DNA of 64,000 bases from an uncultured Pseudomonadales bacterium (GCA_964386355.1 CAYLQQ010000003.1:5880-69879), one strand, 5' to 3'; counted from the first letter of the stretch, positions 21,311 to 32,332 are shown. Notes: generated by a model not told the origin, from the letters alone. Made by a program: numbers and translations.

Positions 21311-22609
21311 CTAATAGTTCTCTACCCTACTCGGGTCAACCATAAAGTCCTGAAGATATTTTCGACCAATGAGAATTTCAGAACGCAAATGCTTTCGGTT
21401 TGAAATATTGGCCAAAGCCCGCACTTTTTGTCCTTGAATCCATAAATCTACCTCTATAACTGGACGGACTTCCTTTCCGAGAGCTGACTTGAATGTTTCC
21501 TCATATAAAATGTTTTTAGTACCCAAGAGCCCCAAATCCTCAGCTAATGTTCTATCAATGCTGACTGAGTAAGCTCCTGTATCCATCTTAGCAATAATCT
21601 CATGCTTGTTACTCTGCCCGTCCTTGATTATTATTTTTTCAAAAATGCCCACAATCTTTCTGCCTTTCTCAGTTTTAACTTTGTCTGAAAAATGTTCAGC
21701 AAAAAGCACTTGAGCTATTTGAATCCCTTTGTTGGGGTCTTGAATATCCAGTTCTTCAATGCGTTTAAGCCTAGCTAAAAGCCCCGCCTGATTAGCCATT
21801 TGGATCTGAAGTCCTGGTTGATCATTGAGCTCAATAACTAACGGACCTTTTTCTTCATCGATAACAATATCCACTCCTATATAGCCCAATTTTGTTGCTT
21901 GTTGACAAGCTACTGCAATCTTGAGTATCTGCTCCCAATACGGAATTACTAGGCCGTTTACTTTCTTACTTGTATTGGGAATATGGCTAATTATCGAGTC
22001 GTAATGTACTCCATGTGTTGTAATACCAGTAGCCATATCAATTCCGAGGGCTACCGCCCCTTGGTGAATATTTGCTTTACCATTACTCTCCTTGGTAGGT
22101 AAACGCAACATAGCCATAACCGGAACACTGTTAAAAACGATCACCCGAACATCGGGCGTGCCTTGGTAGGCATACTTTCGAAATTTGGGGTGTATTTTTA
22201 CCCGTTGTTCTATAAATGCTTGGTCAGGTGTTCTATTTCTTGAATATGAACCTTCGACTATATCCATAGCATGAAGTTGCAGATCTTCCTCATTCACTGT
22301 TCCCCCGTTCATTAGCAGCCACCTTCCTTCCTGTTCAGTTACCTTCTTAATTACCAGAATACCCTCACCCCCATACCCTTCACTAGGCTTAACAACAAAG
22401 CCTTCTTTTAATGCAATCCAGTTGAATGACCGTATATCACTATAGGAACGCAGCACTTTGATGAGCTTAGGATGAGGTATAGAGTTCCGTTTCAGGATTT
22501 TCTTAGTTAAAAGTTTAGAGTCCGCTATCTTACGAGCACTGTGGGAATTGAGTCCGAGATAGTTAAGATTTCGGGCATTCATGCCCAAAATATGATGCAG
22601 TTTGGCCAT
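21311..22609 (-). CDS. Alpha-L-glutamate-ligase-like ATP-grasp protein fused to a C-terminal retropepsin-like protease
   Basis: ILGMNARN, VVKP..GYGGEGI, PDVRVIV, ANIHQG, IELNDQPG; C-terminal AKMDTGA...ILIGRKYL. Confidence 0.85.
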   Translation of the reverse strand: MAKLHHILGMNARNLNYLGLNSHSARKIADSKLLTKKILKRNSIPHPKLIKVLRSYSDIRSFNWIALKEGFVVKPSEGYGGEGILVIKKVTEQEGRWLLMNGGTVNEEDLQLHAMDIVEGSYSRNRTPDQAFIEQRVKIHPKFRKYAYQGTPDVRVIVFNSVPVMAMLRLPTKESNGKANIHQGAVALGIDMATGITTHGVHYDSIISHIPNTSKKVNGLVIPYWEQILKIAVACQQATKLGYIGVDIVIDEEKGPLVIELNDQPGLQIQMANQAGLLARLKRIEELDIQDPNKGIQIAQVLFAEHFSDKVKTEKGRKIVGIFEKIIIKDGQSNKHEIIAKMDTGAYSVSIDRTLAEDLGLLGTKNILYEETFKSALGKEVRPVIEVDLWIQGQKVRALANISNRKHLRSEILIGRKYLQDFMVDPSRVENY

Positions 22610-22611
22610 AC

Positions 22612-23520
22612 TTATTTCAGTAGTTTTCTAAACCGCCATATTTCTAGAAGTCTCAATCCAGAATATTGCTCAATGAGCAATATCGATCCAAGAACAATAA
22701 CTATAAAAAGCTCGGGATTAACCAAAACAAACTTCTGAAGTATTTCTAAATTCATAATATAAAAACAAGCTATCGCTAGGATAAGAGTTTCTCCGGTAAT
22801 AATGAGCGCTTGAGTAAGATTTCGTGTAATCTGCAAATCTAAGAAATCCTCAACAAGTAATATAAGAATAAGGAGTGGAAAAATACCAATTGTAATCAGA
22901 GAGGTATTCCCTATAGCTGGTGATATTAATAGTATACTAAATATACTCAATGATACTAAAAGCATAAATAGAGCCATCCTTGGTAAATACTGAAATCGTA
23001 TTTTTTTGAGTAACATACGTACCATAGTAGCTACTGCAAGTATAAACGCAAATAACCCTATTCCTGTAACAAGTCCAGTCGCTAAAAATGCCACAGACAA
23101 TAGAGCTGGTGTAAATATTCCTGAGCTTTTGAGACCAATTATATGGCGAGCAAACACAACTACCGTTGCTACCAAAGGAAATAACATAATAAGTACTATT
23201 GTATTTGCTGGAACTCCCTGAGAGACAGCATACCGGATAGCATGTTGTACAACCGTAAACAAACTCATCTCTCCTACCGGATTCTGGTCGATATATCGTT
23301 CTAGTTTACCTTTTACCTCTGGTTTTGGTTCTGTGATATCAGGCTCCCGTTCAATGACTTTTCTGACAACTGGGCTGGCTGACTGGCTAGCTTCTGCAGA
23401 CTCTGAGGCCTCGATAGTTGACTGAGGACTAATGTTTGGCTCTTGTGCCCGAATACTCTGCCCAGGAAGCATGATTAGCGTGATTAATAATAGTAGTATT
23501 AAAGATATTTTTATATTCAT
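22612..23520 (-). CDS. 7TM_transglut-like membrane protein (partner of the ATP-grasp ligase)
   Basis: Signal peptide; RHIIGLKSSGIFTPALL, GIFPLLIL, YSGLRLLEIWRF; 2 nt from the ATP-grasp gene. Confidence 0.8.
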   Translation of the reverse strand: MNIKISLILLLLITLIMLPGQSIRAQEPNISPQSTIEASESAEASQSASPVVRKVIEREPDITEPKPEVKGKLERYIDQNPVGEMSLFTVVQHAIRYAVSQGVPANTIVLIMLFPLVATVVVFARHIIGLKSSGIFTPALLSVAFLATGLVTGIGLFAFILAVATMVRMLLKKIRFQYLPRMALFMLLVSLSIFSILLISPAIGNTSLITIGIFPLLILILLVEDFLDLQITRNLTQALIITGETLILAIACFYIMNLEILQKFVLVNPELFIVIVLGSILLIEQYSGLRLLEIWRFRKLLK

Positions 23521-23539
23521 ACCGTGTATTATACCATTA

Positions 23540-25870
23540 TATACAATTTGTACTGATTTTGTTCAATTTACTAATAATACTTTTTTTACTCATTTTATTA
23601 TTGTTATATCCTTTTGTTATGTACTTTTATCATTTCTTTTTATTTAATATATATTTCCCCATGTTTTTATTCGTTTAAGTATATTTTAACTGTTTTGTAA
23701 GTTTTCCACATTATGTGGATCTTTTTATATTATTCTGTCATTCTGTTCTTGTTTTTGCTAGCTAACTTATTATTTGATTTGCTAGCATATGTTTATACTA
23801 TATATATTTTTTCACTACTTATGATTTTTGTTTCACCATATTACGTATTTACTGCAACTAATGCGTTACATTATTAGTTTTACTTGTGTCATTTATTCTG
23901 GTGACATTATACTCTGCTAATATTATTTATTCTTACTGGTGATGTTTTTAGTCACTGATTTAATATATTAGTCATCAGTTGCAATATACGTATCAATCAC
24001 TATATATAGATGAAGCTTCCAAATTATCAGTTTTAAGATCGCTGTAATACAAATAAGATGCTAAATTGAGATAAAGGACTTTTTAAAATGCTACAGATAT
24101 TACTTAATAAAATCCATGTGTCTAGAAATGAGTTATTACCGATGTTGAAATCTATAATAACAAGTCGTTGATTGAGAGAGCTGATTATTTATTAGGCCAT
24201 CACTATAAGTGGAACAATATTGAGCAGTGATTAACTGATGAAGGGTATATATCGTAGTGGTATCGGCTCTATACATGCACACACCAACTCTAAGTAGCTT
24301 AGACCATAAGTTATTAGTTTAACTCGTTTCTGTTATTACTATTTCTATATAGCTATATTAAGGATTACAATCTAGATGAAGCTCGGTATATGTAAATGTA
24401 TATTACACTTTTTATAAACCTAAGTTAAAATAGACATGATGCGTTTTAATTGGACATATTTTAACATTTACTCACTACTATCGACAATCACTGCACTGCT
24501 GACGAATATCTGCACTTTAACACTTATCAATCATGATTTGTAAATAAACAGAATTAACTTTATTCTAACTCCAATGTTTGATTTAAAACCATACATTTTC
24601 TAATAAAAAGTAATTTACTGTAATTTTTATAGCTATTATTATATGAGGTATAATCTTTCTGAGCTTCTACAAGGCATCCTATTGTACTAGCCACACATTT
24701 ATTCATTAAATTACATTATATTTAACCTACGCTGAGCTAGTATATATACTAACATTGGCTCTTTTTTTAGTAATTAATTACTTTTACTCTAATAACTAAA
24801 ATTATGCTCTAATATTTATAATTATTTTTATAATTTGTATTTTTCCGAATTATTCTGCGTTTAATGCATGCAATGTTTATATACCTTTCACATAACCGCT
24901 CTATATATTACTTATTACATTTTTTCTTTCCTATTTTTTACTTATATCTCATTTTTCATTAATATTGTTTATTTTTTATGTTCTTCTATTTGTTATCACT
25001 CTTTTTTCTTTACTGCTATTTTCGTTTGAATTTCATCTTTTTTTATATATATCTTTATTAGAATCTTTTACCGCATTCTTACTTTTTACTTATAATATTT
25101 ATTACTAATTTTCTCTAATTAAGTAATTTATTTTTTGCATATTATAATCTGATATTTGTTTTCAGTCTTTATATCTAATGTTATTGAAGTTTTATCTGTT
25201 AATTCTCTAATGATTTATTCTATCTACTACTACAGTTAGCTTCTATTTGATAATTTAGCAAACTTTATGTTTATTTGCTTATCCTTACCTATTCTATTTT
25301 TTACTTATATTATGGTATTTTTATATATTTATTACTTAATACTTATTACTTTATCTAATAAACGTTATTTATACAAATCATTTTTAATACTATTTTAGTT
25401 TTCTATTTATCTTAATAACAACTTTGTCTAAATATATTATTACTTTTACAAGTCTTTTTTGTATTTCCTAATCTGTTATTTTTATTCTCATACTATTTTA
25501 TTCTTTATTACTTCGTTTTATACCATAGTTAATAACAATAATATCCTATTCACTAGTTATATTACAGTTATATTTACTTATATTATTTGCCATATAATGT
25601 TTTTGTCCTTTAGTATTAATAACGCTATCATTATTAATATTATTTTATTTATTAAATATATAATTATATAACGCATAATTAATATATATTTAATTATTAT
25701 TTATACACTATAATGGTATTATATACATCAACAAAAATAGTTATAAGGGCAAAGAAAAATATTAGGTTAATAATACTAATATAATATACGAAGTATAAAC
25801 CGAATATGGTAATTAGAGGAAAAAGATTAAGTAATTATATATATATGTAACAATATATAACAACTAAAGT
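23540..25870. other. ~2.3 kb very AT-rich tract without credible ORFs
   Basis: Only low-complexity short ORFs in the track; strongly T-rich on the + strand at both ends. Confidence 0.7.
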
Positions 25871-25874
25871 ATTA

Positions 25875-25903
25875 TTGACATCTCAACCTTCTAATCATAT
25901 ATT
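25875..25903 (+). promoter_or_regulatory. Promoter of the giant protein gene
   Basis: TTGACA-17 nt-TATATT, 33 nt before ATG 25937. Confidence 0.6.
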
Positions 25904-25936
25904 GTAATCGTATAATAACCTTACATATGTAAACTT

Positions 25937-28900
25937 ATGCACACCGTGCAAGAACCTCAAGATACTAACCTACTATCAATTTCTCAAGCAGCACAATTCC
26001 TCGGAATATCCGAAGATACATTACGGAGATGGGATAAATTGGGTAAGCTAGTTCCAAACAGGACTCTTGGTAACTCTAGAAGGTATGAATTAAGTATCTT
26101 GCAACAAATTAAAGAAAGTAAAGATGGTTTCGAAACGCAAAATAACTATTTTCAAATAAGAAAAGAATTACAGAATATAAGAGATATATTACAGAATAAT
26201 AAGAAAAATGTAACTAAATTAAACCTAAGCAATCCTTCAGATACAGCGCTAATTAAGATACAAGCAAAGAATATAGAAGGATTACCTCAAACGATAGTTA
26301 TGGATAAGAAAGATACTAATCAAGTTACAAAACATAACATAATAAAACTTAATAGTATAAAAGATAACATTATTCATAAACTTACTTTACGAACAGGCAT
26401 AGATCTTATTGCAATAGCTTTATCCTTTGGGATAGTTATTCTTCTACTTATTTTAATATATACAGCTGTTACAAAAGGCTTACACAAAATTGAAAAGAAT
26501 CTAAGCAATGCTCAACAATTCAATCAAGACATTTTACTTGAACAAGATAGTTCGCAACCACTACTAGGAAGTGGACTGATTATTGGTGAAGATAAAGTAC
26601 TTATTGACGAACGTGGAAATATCCAACTTAGCGGAGCAGTATCCGGAGGTTATATCGATTCAGATAGTCGTAACTTTATAACAAATTCAGGCTTTGAGCA
26701 AAATGCATCAGGAAAGGCTTTATACTATATTTATGCTGAGGATGCCTCAGAAGCCAATACTTTTGTAACACAAGATTCTAGTTTAGATGGTCAAAATGCC
26801 CTTAAAGTAATTTTAGAACCAAATAACATGATCAAGATTCAACCCACATATGCTGACCTATTTCCAGGAAAAACCTATACTTTTTCACTCTATGTAAAAG
26901 GGTTGGGCACTACTGATGCAGATCTTACTGTCGGCTATGGAACTACCATGAGGAGTTATACAATAGCTGGTGACAGTTCGTGGCAACTAATTTCAGTCTC
27001 AAAACATTTTGAACCAGAAGAAAGTCCTACCCTTGATTCATTTAGTATTCTAATACAAAGTCGAGATGGTGTTGGCACTTTATATGTTGATAATATTCAG
27101 CTTGAAGGTGGTTCAACAGTCACTGCTTATAAACCTTCACATCTTACAACTGACGGAATCATCCATTTTTCTGCAGATGCCCTATTTCCTGCTGTAGCTG
27201 ACACAGTATCGATTGGTACAATAGTAAAACCATTTCAAGAAATAGTGGTAAATGAACAGATTATTAACAACTCATTGGAAGTATACGGTGACGCCACTAT
27301 AGATGGTAATCTAGTCGTTAGTGGTGACATTGAATTCCCTACTGTAATAGCCAAGGATAAGATTATTATCCAAACTGACGGTTTATATACTGGTAGTGGT
27401 ATCGGCACCAAGCGACTTGACAGTAACGGAAATCTACAAAATATTACTAGCCTGGGATTAGTCTATGGTACACTGACTTCTACAACTGATTATCTCACCT
27501 CTTCTGTCGGATTATCTGTTGGTGGGAATGCTTCATACTATTTTAATAAAAATGGCTATATAAAAGCTGCTCAGCTGAATTCATTGTCTGACATAAAAAT
27601 TGGTGATCCTAATGGAGAAACAGATAGTCTTGGAATATATTTTAGTGGTGTCAGTGGACACAGCAATGAGGCAGGCATGAGATTTAATACCAGTTCCGGC
27701 AAACTTGAGTATAGGGATGATAATAACACTAGCTGGACTACATTCGACAGCTTATCAGAGAGTAGCAGTACTACTGATTACAGTGCTAGCAATGGCTTGA
27801 CAATGGATGGAACAGATATCTTACTGGGCGGTAGCTTTACCCAGGACACTACTACCGTACTGGGAGCATATGACCTCATCTACAACCTGAATAGCACGGG
27901 TGATATAGAGATCCAGGACAATGGTTCTGCCCTGCTATACATCAGTGATACCGGCAATATCGGCATAGGCACCAATAGCCCTGCTGCCAAGCTGGATGTA
28001 GCGTCCTATGCCAACTTCGGCTCTTCCGTTAATATTGCCTCTACCCTGACCACAGTAGCCCTAAAAATAAGTGGTGGCGCTCATGATGGGTATGTCCTGA
28101 CTTCTGATGCTAACGGTAATACGGTTTGGGAAGCTGTTAGTTCGGGAGCTACGTATACGGCTGGAAATGGACTTACGCTGGCCTCCTCTACATTTACTCT
28201 TGGTGGAACATTAACGGAATCTACCGCCATCAACCAAGATAGTTTTGGGTTTACATTAGAAAACCCGGGAACTGCAGATACGATAATTAACTTAGGCTCT
28301 GAGGGTGACCTGCTTATACAGGACAACGGGACCACTTTTGCTACTTTTGCTGATAACGGTTCGTTTACTTTGGAAAATATTACCTTTGATAATACTCAGC
28401 TAACCGCGGCTGGTGACTTAGGTCTTGGACTCTATGACAATGCTAGCAATGGTATTTTTGTTAAAGATGGAGGTAACGTTGGTATTGGCACCACAACTCC
28501 CGGATCTCAACTGACAGTCAATGGCGTAGGATCCTTTACCCTTGGCACTGTTGCCTTGCCTGGAATCACCTTTGGCACTGACACCAATACTGGTATGTGG
28601 TCGTCAGACCCTGATACGGTCAACTTATCTACAAATGGATTAGAAAGGTTAAGAGTTGATAGTAATGGGAATGTAGGAATTGGAACCACAAGCCCGACAG
28701 AGAATCTACATGTGATTGGAAATGCTATCTTTCCTCAGGGCAGCATTGGGGTTGGTGCTCATTGGACCGCTAAAGACCCTTCCGGTAGATCATTACTATA
28801 TATTAGAGATGATACTGATCAACCTAAGTTAGTAGTCGAACAAGATAATATAAATAATAGTGCGGCTATTTTTTACGGACAAGGTACATCAAACGACGTG

Positions 28901-31900
28901 AGCATTGCTGAGTTTTGGGGTAATAATGGTTCAACTTATGGTTTGTATGTTCAAAATTCTGGAAATGTTGGAATTGGCGACAACAGTCCGGCTGCACTCT
29001 TCAGCGTTGGTTTTGGTGACTTGTTTACCATCAATAATCTAGGAAACCTCAATGGAATATCCGGGAATTTCTCTGGTTCATTGACTATAGGTGAAAACTT
29101 TTCTGCTACTTCCGGCTCCTATACTTTGGATAACATAACTTTCGATGATGCGCAGATCACTGCAGCTGGTGATCTAGGATTGGGGATATATGATAATTCT
29201 GGAAATGGTTTAACTATTGGTGATGGTGGAAATATTGGTATTGGCACCACCTCTCCCTTTCAAAAAATGCACCTAGTAAATGGAAGTATGCTGATAGATT
29301 CACCCAATCCTAGTCTAGTAGGTAACTTTATTACAGGCGGAAGTGCTTTTGGTGTGTATGTGTCGGGTAAGTATGCATATGTAGCAGACTATACTGAAGG
29401 ATTGAAGATAATGGATATAAGTAACCCGAATTCCCCGGTATTAGTATCATCCTATGATACTAATGCTCTTACAACAGAAGTTGTTGTTGCTGGGAAGTAT
29501 GCTTACCTTGCAGATGGATTAACTGGCGGGGTAAAAATAGTAGATGTAAGTAATCCAAAATCTCCAACACTTATAGGCACATATAACCCTGTTGATAGTG
29601 GTGGTATTAAAAATATATATCTTACTGGTAAATACATATATGCAACAGATTGGTTTTTAGGTTTACTTATAATTGATGTTAGCAACCCGGCCTCACCAAT
29701 ACTTGTAGGTTCATATGCTTCTATGGATGCCCACGGTGTGTATGTGTCGGGTAAATATGCATATGTAGCAAACGGTTTAGATGGTTTGCAAGTGATTGAT
29801 GTAAGCAACCCTACCTCCCCTTCTTTAGCTGGTACGTATGACACTAGTGGGGATGCTTTGGGTGTGTATGTGTCGGGTAAATATGCATATGTAGCAAACG
29901 GTTTAGATGGTTTGCAAGTGATTGATGTAAGCAACCCTACCTCCCCTTCTTTAGCTGGTACGTATGACACTAGTGGGGATGCGTTGGGTGTGTATGTGTC
30001 GGGTAAATATGCATATATAGCAGATGGTTCGTATGGGTTGCAGGTGATTGATGTAAGCAACCCGGCTACACCTTCCTTAGCTGGTATGTATAGAACTATT
30101 CATAATGCCATGAAGATTTATGTGTCGGGTAAATATGCATATGTTGGCAATGCATTAAGTGGTTTGCAGGTTATCGATGTGGGGGGAGCTGATATTCATG
30201 CATTAAATGCTGGGAATGTTGAAACGAATAGTATTACAATTACTGATAATGGGGACATTGGTAATAACTTATACATAAGAAATGGAATCAATGTTGGTAC
30301 AGGCGGATTATTTACTGATGGTCTAATTTCTTCAGCAGGTTCAGGTATTAACTACTTTGCAGGCAACGTTGGAATCGGCGTTTTAGCACCGGCTGAGAAA
30401 ATGGAGGTAGCTGGTAATATTCGAGTCACAGGTGGCTCTTTTATCGATGACGGTACTACACTAGCTGTTCCTGATTACGTTTTTGAAAGCGATTATAACC
30501 TGATGAACCTAACCGACCTTGGATCCTACATAGAATTGAATAAGCATCTGCCGGGCGTACCTGACATGAACGATACCAAGGGCTGGGCAGCGCTTTCATT
30601 GCAGGACAGGGATATGAAGCTTCTGGAAAAAATCGAAGAGAATATTATATATACCCTTGAGCTAAACTCAAAACTCGCTGATACCAGATTGGAGCTAAGC
30701 AATTCTAACCATGCAACCATGTATCCCTCCAACCAGGAGTTTCTCTCAAGTTCCGGGGATCTCTTTATCCAGTCCCAGATATACGACGGAATCCTCGGGG
30801 AAGCTACACCTGACACTCTTGCAAACCTCACCTCAACCGTTACAGATAGCTTAGGTAATGCCAAAGTGGCTGTAGCGGGTTTTGGCAGCGTATTTAGTGC
30901 CAAACTAACAGTCGGCATAGCTGATATCAAAAACCTGATTACTGATACCGTGGTAGTCAGGCAGGTAAAAGTTGAAGACAAGCTCCTTTCCCCCGTTGTT
31001 GAAGCAAGCCAGATCCTGACTGACCAGCTCTACACTCAAAATCTGACAGCTGTGGATGCTTCCATTTCTGGCACCTTATCAGCTAGACAAGCTGTGTTTG
31101 GTGATCCAGCAATGAAACAATCCAGCAATGAAACAATTGCTGTTCAGATTCTCGGTGATGCCTCAGTGTCTGGAACTCTCAAGACAAAAGATGCCAGTGT
31201 CAGTGGAGAGCTCTTTGCCAACTCAGCCCGCATCAGGACACTTATAGCTGAAAGGATCAAAGCTGATTCCATTGAAGGTTTGGAAGCCAGGATTGAAAAT
31301 ATAGTCAATTCCTCTATGTCAGCCCAAATGATGGAGTTGTATACACTAAACACCCCATACCCCTCTCCCGTTGCAGTTACCAACAACTTACCCTCCCTTC
31401 CCTCTGACTGGGAGCAGAGCCTAAACAATCTCATGACTAGGCTCGACAATGTGGAGTCAGCCACTAGCTCTGCTACCTGGCAAGCCAACTCAAACCTGGC
31501 TTACGACTCCCAAATCATAGCGGGTACAGTGGATACGGATTTGGCTACGGTCAATACTTTCCTGGCAGTTCTAGGAAATGCTTCTATGGTCAATGCTGAA
31601 GTGACCAATAGCCTCAGTGTCCAAACTGACCTGAATCTTACTAGAAATTCTATAGCTACCCTTTCCGATACTCTCTACATCCAGCCCACCGGCCTAGGTA
31701 AGATAGATATCCTAGCCGGTGCTATATCTGTAGAAAGTAATGGAAATCTATATGTTAACGGAGACCTATACTTAAAGGGGTCTTTATATGCTTATAGGTT
31801 ATTTTCTGATACATTAGAAACGAAAACCGCCACTGTATCCGGAACCTTATTTACAAACTTAATCAAACCAAAAGACACTACAATAGCCATAGATCTTAGC

Positions 31901-32332
31901 TCTGTTAACCAAAACCTTAAAGCATCAGAGTCTGCCCTGCTCAGTTCCAAATTTCAGGTTCTAAATTCAGGTTCCGAAGTAGCTTCGATAGATGCCAGCG
32001 GTTCAGCCAGGTTTAAAGCGGTTACTGCATCTAAATTATATTTACCATATACCTATGATACTTTAGATAACCCTATAGATAGCTCTATATCAGCTGATGA
32101 GCTAAACAATACTGCCGATTCTATCGGGATTGGAACTATCAAAGCAGGACAAACAAGCATCTTTATGCAGGCTCCCATTGTGACCAAAGAGTCGCTCATG
32201 TTTGTAACTCCCACTACTACAACAAACATTCCCTTAGCTGTTACCGCTAAAGAGGTTGGCAAAGGGTTTATTGTTTCTATCACCAAACCCCAAACCACCA
32301 ACATAAACTTCAACTGGTGGATAATAAACTAA
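25937..32332 (+). CDS. Giant surface protein: MerR-like HTH, TM helix, CBM-like domain, tail-fibre-like GNVGIGT repeats, LVIVD beta-propeller, intramolecular-chaperone-like segment
   Basis: LLSISQAAQFLGISEDTLRRWD (HTH); TM near aa 157-177; NFITNSGFE...YVDNIQLE; repeated GNVGIGTTSP; GLQVIDVSNP repeats; PDYVF...KHLPGVP...LLEKIEE; ends FNWWII. Confidence 0.85.
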   Translation: MHTVQEPQDTNLLSISQAAQFLGISEDTLRRWDKLGKLVPNRTLGNSRRYELSILQQIKESKDGFETQNNYFQIRKELQNIRDILQNNKKNVTKLNLSNPSDTALIKIQAKNIEGLPQTIVMDKKDTNQVTKHNIIKLNSIKDNIIHKLTLRTGIDLIAIALSFGIVILLLILIYTAVTKGLHKIEKNLSNAQQFNQDILLEQDSSQPLLGSGLIIGEDKVLIDERGNIQLSGAVSGGYIDSDSRNFITNSGFEQNASGKALYYIYAEDASEANTFVTQDSSLDGQNALKVILEPNNMIKIQPTYADLFPGKTYTFSLYVKGLGTTDADLTVGYGTTMRSYTIAGDSSWQLISVSKHFEPEESPTLDSFSILIQSRDGVGTLYVDNIQLEGGSTVTAYKPSHLTTDGIIHFSADALFPAVADTVSIGTIVKPFQEIVVNEQIINNSLEVYGDATIDGNLVVSGDIEFPTVIAKDKIIIQTDGLYTGSGIGTKRLDSNGNLQNITSLGLVYGTLTSTTDYLTSSVGLSVGGNASYYFNKNGYIKAAQLNSLSDIKIGDPNGETDSLGIYFSGVSGHSNEAGMRFNTSSGKLEYRDDNNTSWTTFDSLSESSSTTDYSASNGLTMDGTDILLGGSFTQDTTTVLGAYDLIYNLNSTGDIEIQDNGSALLYISDTGNIGIGTNSPAAKLDVASYANFGSSVNIASTLTTVALKISGGAHDGYVLTSDANGNTVWEAVSSGATYTAGNGLTLASSTFTLGGTLTESTAINQDSFGFTLENPGTADTIINLGSEGDLLIQDNGTTFATFADNGSFTLENITFDNTQLTAAGDLGLGLYDNASNGIFVKDGGNVGIGTTTPGSQLTVNGVGSFTLGTVALPGITFGTDTNTGMWSSDPDTVNLSTNGLERLRVDSNGNVGIGTTSPTENLHVIGNAIFPQGSIGVGAHWTAKDPSGRSLLYIRDDTDQPKLVVEQDNINNSAAIFYGQGTSNDVSIAEFWGNNGSTYGLYVQNSGNVGIGDNSPAALFSVGFGDLFTINNLGNLNGISGNFSGSLTIGENFSATSGSYTLDNITFDDAQITAAGDLGLGIYDNSGNGLTIGDGGNIGIGTTSPFQKMHLVNGSMLIDSPNPSLVGNFITGGSAFGVYVSGKYAYVADYTEGLKIMDISNPNSPVLVSSYDTNALTTEVVVAGKYAYLADGLTGGVKIVDVSNPKSPTLIGTYNPVDSGGIKNIYLTGKYIYATDWFLGLLIIDVSNPASPILVGSYASMDAHGVYVSGKYAYVANGLDGLQVIDVSNPTSPSLAGTYDTSGDALGVYVSGKYAYVANGLDGLQVIDVSNPTSPSLAGTYDTSGDALGVYVSGKYAYIADGSYGLQVIDVSNPATPSLAGMYRTIHNAMKIYVSGKYAYVGNALSGLQVIDVGGADIHALNAGNVETNSITITDNGDIGNNLYIRNGINVGTGGLFTDGLISSAGSGINYFAGNVGIGVLAPAEKMEVAGNIRVTGGSFIDDGTTLAVPDYVFESDYNLMNLTDLGSYIELNKHLPGVPDMNDTKGWAALSLQDRDMKLLEKIEENIIYTLELNSKLADTRLELSNSNHATMYPSNQEFLSSSGDLFIQSQIYDGILGEATPDTLANLTSTVTDSLGNAKVAVAGFGSVFSAKLTVGIADIKNLITDTVVVRQVKVEDKLLSPVVEASQILTDQLYTQNLTAVDASISGTLSARQAVFGDPAMKQSSNETIAVQILGDASVSGTLKTKDASVSGELFANSARIRTLIAERIKADSIEGLEARIENIVNSSMSAQMMELYTLNTPYPSPVAVTNNLPSLPSDWEQSLNNLMTRLDNVESATSSATWQANSNLAYDSQIIAGTVDTDLATVNTFLAVLGNASMVNAEVTNSLSVQTDLNLTRNSIATLSDTLYIQPTGLGKIDILAGAISVESNGNLYVNGDLYLKGSLYAYRLFSDTLETKTATVSGTLFTNLIKPKDTTIAIDLSSVNQNLKASESALLSSKFQVLNSGSEVASIDASGSARFKAVTASKLYLPYTYDTLDNPIDSSISADELNNTADSIGIGTIKAGQTSIFMQAPIVTKESLMFVTPTTTTNIPLAVTAKEVGKGFIVSITKPQTTNINFNWWIIN
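29735..30015 (+). repeat. Near-identical 126-bp tandem repeat (LVIVD blades)
   Basis: Units start at 29735, 29861 and 29987 with GGTGTGTATGTGTCGGGTAAATATGCATAT; the first two are almost base-identical. Confidence 0.9.

Noticed and set aside
25459-25671. 70-aa Ile/Phe/Tyr-rich ORF
   Set aside because: Its composition is what AT-rich non-coding DNA gives by chance; TTG start with no supporting signals.
23700-25700. oriC or dif in the AT-rich tract
   Set aside because: Only isolated imperfect DnaA-box-like words (~23702-23720) and a weak dif-like half-site (~25670); no cluster and no dnaA nearby.
29735-30015. Possible CRISPR array or DGR template/variable repeat
   Set aside because: Contiguous in-frame 126-bp units with no spacers, no adenine-specific mismatch pattern, and no cas or reverse transcriptase gene in the window.
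28081-32313. Minus-strand ORFs inside the giant gene, including the repetitive 185-aa ORF
   Set aside because: Antisense shadows of the coding strand and its LVIVD repeats.
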